A stretch of DNA of 64,000 bases from Euzebyales bacterium. Lineage in GTDB: Bacteria > Actinomycetota > Nitriliruptoria > Euzebyales > JAHELV01. Below, piece by piece: positions 59,627-64,000 of the stretch. Where the stretch lies: NCBI GenBank assembly GCA_036374135.1, contig DASUUK010000075.1:14624-78623 (forward strand), given 5' to 3'. The translations under genes were made by a program, and so were the position numbers. A model generated the notes under the pieces. That model was not told the DNA's origin. It did not search any database and saw only the letters and a list, made by a program, of their open reading frames with translations. The stretch's first letter is position 1, and each line of letters starts with the position of its first letter.

Positions 59627-60921
59627 GTGGCCCGGTGAGCACCGGGGCCGACGTCGCCGACGCCTGGTACGGCCGGCCCATCGACTCCTTCGCGCCGGTC
59701 GCCGGTGGGATCTGCGCCGTGCCGGGCGTCCGCGCCGCCGGTGTCGCGGCCGGGCTCAAGCCGAGCGGGTCGCCCGACGTCGCCGTCGTCGATGCCGGAC
59801 GCACCGTCGACGTCGCCGTCGTCCAGACCACCAACCAGGTTCGCGCCGCGCCCGTCGAGGTGACGGCGCGGCACGCGGCCGACGGCCGGGCACGCGCGGT
59901 GGTCCTCAACGCCGGCAACGCCAACGCGTGCACGGGCCCGGACGGGGAGCAGGTGGCCGTCGACACGGCGGCACATGCGGCCGCCGGGCTCGGCTGCGAG
60001 ACCGAGGACGTCCTCGTGTGCTCCACCGGTGTGATCGGCCAGCCGCTGACGCCGCAACGCGGTCAGCTGTTCGCGGGCGTCGATGCGGCGATCGCCACGG
60101 CCGACAGCGGGGGCGGCGCCGCCGCGGCGCGTGCGGTCATGACCACCGACACCATGCCGAAGTCGGTGGCGGTGCAGCTCGACGCCGCCGACGGCGGTGC
60201 CACCATCGCGGGGTTCGCCAAGGGCTCCGGCATGATCGCGCCGGCCATGGCGACCATGCTGTGCGTGGCCGCGACCGACGCACCCGTGCCGTCGCGGATC
60301 CTCCAACCGGTCGTCGCGCAGGCTGTCGACGTGACCTTCGGGCGCATCACCGTGGACGGGTGCATGAGCACCAACGACGCGGTGATCGTGCTCGCGACCG
60401 GCGACGCCGCACAGGCAGTTCCCCACCCCCCGGCTCGCTCCGCTCGCCCCCGTCCGGCGCCGGGCATCGCGGCGTTCACCGAGGGTCTGACCGCCGTCCT
60501 CGGTGAGCTGGCCGAGCAGATCGTGCGCGACGGCGAGGGCGCCTCCCACCTGGTCAGGCTCCGGGTCACCGGTGCCCGCACGGTTGACGCCGCCGCCGCA
60601 CTCGGCCGTGCGATCGCCGACAGTGTCCTCGTGCGCACGGCCTTCGCCGGGGGCGATCCGAACTGGGGCCGCGTGCTGGCCGCCATGGGTGCATCGGACG
60701 TGCCATTCTCACCCGGAACGGTCGACATCCGGTTCGGGCCGGTCACGGTGTGCCGCTTCGGTGCGGGCGCGTCGTTCGACCACGGGTTGGCTGCGTCGGT
60801 CCTGTCGCGTCCGGAGGTCGACGTCACGGTCGATCTCGGCCTGGGCGACGCCGACGCGACGGTGCTCACGTCGGACCTGACGCACGGGTACGTGACGATC
60901 AACGCGGAGTACACGACGTGA
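59623..60921 (+). CDS. argJ: Bifunctional glutamate N-acetyltransferase / amino-acid acetyltransferase ArgJ
   Basis: GTG 59623 (GTGA overlap with argC) inside ORF 59425..60921. AKGSGMIAPAMATML autoprocessing site, DGEGASHL, and the C-terminus INAEYTT. Confidence 0.9.
   Translation: MSGPVSTGADVADAWYGRPIDSFAPVAGGICAVPGVRAAGVAAGLKPSGSPDVAVVDAGRTVDVAVVQTTNQVRAAPVEVTARHAADGRARAVVLNAGNANACTGPDGEQVAVDTAAHAAAGLGCETEDVLVCSTGVIGQPLTPQRGQLFAGVDAAIATADSGGGAAAARAVMTTDTMPKSVAVQLDAADGGATIAGFAKGSGMIAPAMATMLCVAATDAPVPSRILQPVVAQAVDVTFGRITVDGCMSTNDAVIVLATGDAAQAVPHPPARSARPRPAPGIAAFTEGLTAVLGELAEQIVRDGEGASHLVRLRVTGARTVDAAAALGRAIADSVLVRTAFAGGDPNWGRVLAAMGASDVPFSPGTVDIRFGPVTVCRFGAGASFDHGLAASVLSRPEVDVTVDLGLGDADATVLTSDLTHGYVTINAEYTT
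60418..60456 (-). repeat. Single inverted copy of the 42-bp GC-rich repeat inside argJ
   Basis: The reverse complement of 60421-60453 is ACGGGGGCGAGCGGAGCGAGCCGGGGGGTGGGG. It matches the alaS copy at 28/33 positions, including an exact 17-mer GGGCGAGCGGAGCGAGC. Confidence 0.8.
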
Positions 60922-60955
60922 GCGGCCGCTCGGCGCGGACAGCAGGGGAGCCACG

Positions 60956-61915
60956 GTGACCACGACCAACCCACGGTCGACGATCGACGAGGCGCACGCG
61001 GCGCTGCCGCGGCGGGCCGTCAGGGCGCAGGACAAGGCGCGTGTGCTGCGTGAGGCGCTGCCGTGGATCACCCGCTGGGCGGACCGGACGGTCGTCGTGA
61101 AGATCGGCGGCAGCGTCGGACAGGGCGAGACGACGTCGGCCATGGAGTCGTCCTTCGCGGCGGACGTCGCGCTGCTGCGGTCCGTCGGGCTCAACATCGT
61201 CGTCGTGCACGGTGGCGGACCGCAGATCTCCCAGCTCGCCGAACGGCTCGGGTTGCGGTCCGAGTTCGTCGACGGGCGGCGCGTCACCGATCAGGCGATG
61301 CTCGAGGCGGTCCGCTACGTGCTGCTCGGCAGGGTCAACCCGCACCTGGTCGGCATGATCTCGCAGGCCGGCACGCGCGCCGTCGGTCTGGCGGGCACCG
61401 ACGCGGGGCTGGTGACCGCGCGCCCGGCCGACCCCGCCCTGGGCTACGTCGGCGAGGTCGACCGGGTCGATCCGGCGGTCGTCCGGTCGCTGCTGGGCAG
61501 GGGCGTGGTCCCCGTGATCGCCACGGTCGCGCGCGGCGACGACGGGCAGGACTACAACGTCAACGCCGACGCGGTCGCGTCCGCGGTCGCGGCGGCGCTG
61601 GACGCCGACAAGCTGATCTACCTGACCAACGTCGCCGGGCTGTACGACTCGTTCGGCTCCGATGACCGCAGCCTGCTGAGCGAGGTCGACGTCGCCCAGT
61701 TGCGCGACATGCTCGCCACCGGTCGCATCGTGACCGGTATGGTTCCCAAGATCTCCGGCTGCATCGACGCGCTCTCCGACGGCGTCGGGCAGGCCCACCT
61801 CCTGGACGGTCGCATCGAGCACGCCCTGCTGCTGGAGATCTTCACCGACGCGGGAATCGGCACGATGATCCTGCCGTCGTACGACGACGTCGACGACACC
61901 GGGGCGCAGCCATGA
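60956..61915 (+). CDS. argB: Acetylglutamate kinase
   Basis: 319 aa. VVVKIGGS, VVVHGGGPQI, NVNADAVASAVA. Confidence 0.9.
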   Translation: MTTTNPRSTIDEAHAALPRRAVRAQDKARVLREALPWITRWADRTVVVKIGGSVGQGETTSAMESSFAADVALLRSVGLNIVVVHGGGPQISQLAERLGLRSEFVDGRRVTDQAMLEAVRYVLLGRVNPHLVGMISQAGTRAVGLAGTDAGLVTARPADPALGYVGEVDRVDPAVVRSLLGRGVVPVIATVARGDDGQDYNVNADAVASAVAAALDADKLIYLTNVAGLYDSFGSDDRSLLSEVDVAQLRDMLATGRIVTGMVPKISGCIDALSDGVGQAHLLDGRIEHALLLEIFTDAGIGTMILPSYDDVDDTGAQP

Positions 61916-63141
61916 CCGACGACCTCGACCAGATCCGCGTCCGCGAGGCCGCGGCACTGATGCACACGTACGGTCGCCAGCAGGCCGCGTTCGTCCGCGG
62001 CTCGGGGGTGTGGCTGTACGACGGGGACGGGCGGGCCCACCTCGACGCGCTGTCGGGCCTGGCCGTGACCGCCCTCGGGCACGCCCATCCGGAGGTGACC
62101 GCGGCCGTGTCGGAACAGGCCGCCACGCTGTCCCACACGTCGAACCTGTACTTCACCCGGCCCCAGATCGAACTGGCGGAGGGCCTTGCCGACACGCTGG
62201 GCTGGTCGGACGCGAGGACGTTCTTCTGCAACTCGGGCGCGGAGGCCAACGAGGCGGCCATCAAGCTGGCACGGCTGCACGGGCGCCGGCGCCGTCCCGA
62301 CGCCATCGGCGTGGTCGCGCTGTCGGGCGGGTTCCACGGTCGCACGCTCGGCGCGCTCAAGGCGACGGGCAACCCGGCCAAGCACGAGCCCTTCGAGCCG
62401 CTGGGCGACTGGGTGACGCACGTCGCGCACGACGACGCCGCGGCGCTCGACGCGGCGGTCGACGAGCGGACCAGCGCGGTGCTCGTCGAGGTCGTGCAGG
62501 GCGAGGGCGGGGTCCGTCCCGTGCCCGCCGACGTCCTGCGGGCCGCGCGGGCCGCGTGTGACCGCGTCGGGGCGCTGCTGATCGTCGACGAGGTGCAGAC
62601 GGGACTGGGCCGCCTCGGCAGCTGGTACGGATGGCAGACCGCGCTCGACGGCTCGCCGGTGCAGCCCGACGTCGTGTGCCTGGCGAAGGCGCTGGCCAAC
62701 GGGCTGCCGATCGGCGCCATCGTCGCGCGCGGCGAGGCGGCGAAGGTGTTCGAGCCCGGGGATCACGCGACGACCTTCGGCGGAGGACCGGTCGTGTGCG
62801 CCGCGGCCACGGCGGTGCTGCGCGTGATCGACCGCGACGGACTCGTCGGGCGCGCTGCGGTCCTCGGCGACCGGCTGGCGGCGGGCATCGAGCAGGTGGC
62901 GGTGGACAGCGTGCTGGTGACCGGTCAACGCGGTCGTGGGCTGCTGCGGGCGGCGATGCTCGCGCGGCCGGCCGCGACCGCCGTCGTGTCGGCCGCGCTG
63001 GAGGCACGGCTGATCGTCAATGCGGTGGCCGCCGACGCCGTGCGGTTCGCCCCACCGTTGACCCTGGCCGACGACGAGCTCGACGAGTTGCTCGTGCGGT
63101 TCGGCGCCGCCGTGCGTGCTGTCGAGGAGGAGATGACATGA
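61912..63141 (+). CDS. argD: Acetylornithine aminotransferase
   Basis: 409 aa. FCNSGAEANEAAIKLAR, DEVQTGLGRLG, and the pyridoxal-Lys context CLAKALANG. Confidence 0.9.
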   Translation: MTDDLDQIRVREAAALMHTYGRQQAAFVRGSGVWLYDGDGRAHLDALSGLAVTALGHAHPEVTAAVSEQAATLSHTSNLYFTRPQIELAEGLADTLGWSDARTFFCNSGAEANEAAIKLARLHGRRRRPDAIGVVALSGGFHGRTLGALKATGNPAKHEPFEPLGDWVTHVAHDDAAALDAAVDERTSAVLVEVVQGEGGVRPVPADVLRAARAACDRVGALLIVDEVQTGLGRLGSWYGWQTALDGSPVQPDVVCLAKALANGLPIGAIVARGEAAKVFEPGDHATTFGGGPVVCAAATAVLRVIDRDGLVGRAAVLGDRLAAGIEQVAVDSVLVTGQRGRGLLRAAMLARPAATAVVSAALEARLIVNAVAADAVRFAPPLTLADDELDELLVRFGAAVRAVEEEMT

Positions 63142-64000
63142 CCGGGACGGGCATGGCACGGCCGCGCAGCTACCTGACGGTCACCGACCTGTCGGCCGAC
63201 GAGCTGGCGTGGGTGCTGGACCGCGCCGATGCGCACCGGTCGGATCGACGTCGTCGCGACACACTGGCCGGCCGGACGATCGGCATGATCTTCGAGAAGC
63301 CTTCGACGCGGACGCGCGTCTCGTTCGAGGTCGGCGTCGCCGAGCTCGGTGGGACGCCGCTTGTGCTGTCGTCGCGGGACCTCCAGCTGGGCCGGGGCGA
63401 GACGGTCGCCGACACCGCCCGCGTGCTCTCGCGCTACGTGCACGGGCTGGTGGTGCGCACGTTCGCGCAACAGCGCCTCGAGGAGCTTGCGACCCACGGC
63501 ACGGTGCCGGTGATCAACGCACTGTCCGATCACAGCCATCCCTGTCAGGCACTGGCGGACCTGCAGACGGTGCGCGCGAGGTTCGGCACGCTGGCGGGCG
63601 TCCGGGTGGCCTACATCGGCGACGGCAACAACGTGGCGCACTCGCTGCTGCGTGCGGGCGCGCTGGCGGGCATGCACGTCGTCGTGGTCGCCCCGCAGGG
63701 CCATGGGCCCGACCCGGACGTGGTCGCCGAGGCCGCGTCGCTGTGCGGTGACACCGCAGGGTCGGTGGCGGTCACCGACGATCCGACGATCGGGGTGAAG
63801 GGGGCAAACGTCGTGTACACCGATGTGTGGGCGTCGATGGGCCAGGAGGACGAGCACGACGCACGCGTGGCAGCGTTCCGCTCCTACCGGGTCGACGACG
63901 CGCTGCTCCGCGCCGCGGCGGACGACGCGATCGTGCTGCACTGCCTGCCGGCTCACCGTGGTGAGGAGATCACCGCCGAGGTGATCGACGGTCCGCGGTC
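63138..64000 (+). CDS. argF: Ornithine carbamoyltransferase (3' end outside window)
   Basis: Not in the ORF track because there is no stop in the window. My translation from ATG 63138 (ATGA overlap with argD) gives [26 protein letters not shown] and HCLPAHRGEE. Confidence 0.9.
   Translation, partial: MTGTGMARPRSYLTVTDLSADELAWVLDRADAHRSDRRRRDTLAGRTIGMIFEKPSTRTRVSFEVGVAELGGTPLVLSSRDLQLGRGETVADTARVLSRYVHGLVVRTFAQQRLEELATHGTVPVINALSDHSHPCQALADLQTVRARFGTLAGVRVAYIGDGNNVAHSLLRAGALAGMHVVVVAPQGHGPDPDVVAEAASLCGDTAGSVAVTDDPTIGVKGANVVYTDVWASMGQEDEHDARVAAFRSYRVDDALLRAAADDAIVLHCLPAHRGEEITAEVIDGPR

Overview
The sequence is visibly very GC-rich and the gene content looks actinobacterial. The window is almost entirely core housekeeping genes, and all but two CDS are on the + strand, many with 1-14 nt start/stop overlaps. 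In order: yebC-like fragment, ruvCAB, yajC, HD-domain protein, secDF, apt, relA. Then comes a small strand-switch block (RCK_C membrane protein, MBL hydrolase, tandem 80-bp element, UbiA prenyltransferase). After that: aspS, sugar phosphotransferase, three small/hypothetical genes, alaS, ruvX, mltG, aroE, aroC-K-B-Q, efp, nusB. Next is a complete Bacillus-type pyr operon (pyrR-B-C-carA-carB-pyrK-D-F-E), followed by mihF, gmk, rpoZ, coaBC, metK, priA, def, fmt, rsmB. Then an FMN riboswitch with ribD-E-BA-H, a prepilin peptidase, a DUF1844-like gene, rpmI-rplT (no infC), a TrmH-type methyltransferase, an orphan PAS histidine kinase, pheST, and argC-J-B-D-F (argF runs off the 3' end). I see no transposase, integrase, phage genes, CRISPR array, toxin-antitoxin pair or recognisable defence system, so I cannot claim a new multi-gene system here. 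The unexplained signal is at small scale. (1) A 42-bp GC-rich repeat family sits in frame inside alaS (2 copies), carB (2 copies, splitting a conserved motif) and argJ (1 inverted copy). (2) A 36-bp tandem repeat family at the aroE|aroC and pyrB|pyrC junctions carries tiny ORFs (MWR*, MQRQR*) and the downstream gene's SD-like GGTAGG. The same uORF-stop-in-SD layout also appears at ruvC, secD and pheS. (3) An 80-bp element is duplicated in tandem between convergent genes and has mutually exclusive hairpins. (4) The rsmB reading frame runs through the FMN riboswitch. (5) rpoZ has no canonical start codon. (6) infC is missing upstream of rpmI-rplT and is replaced by a ~290-nt leader with two perfect palindromes. 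All functional interpretations of these elements are inference and need genome-wide and comparative checks.
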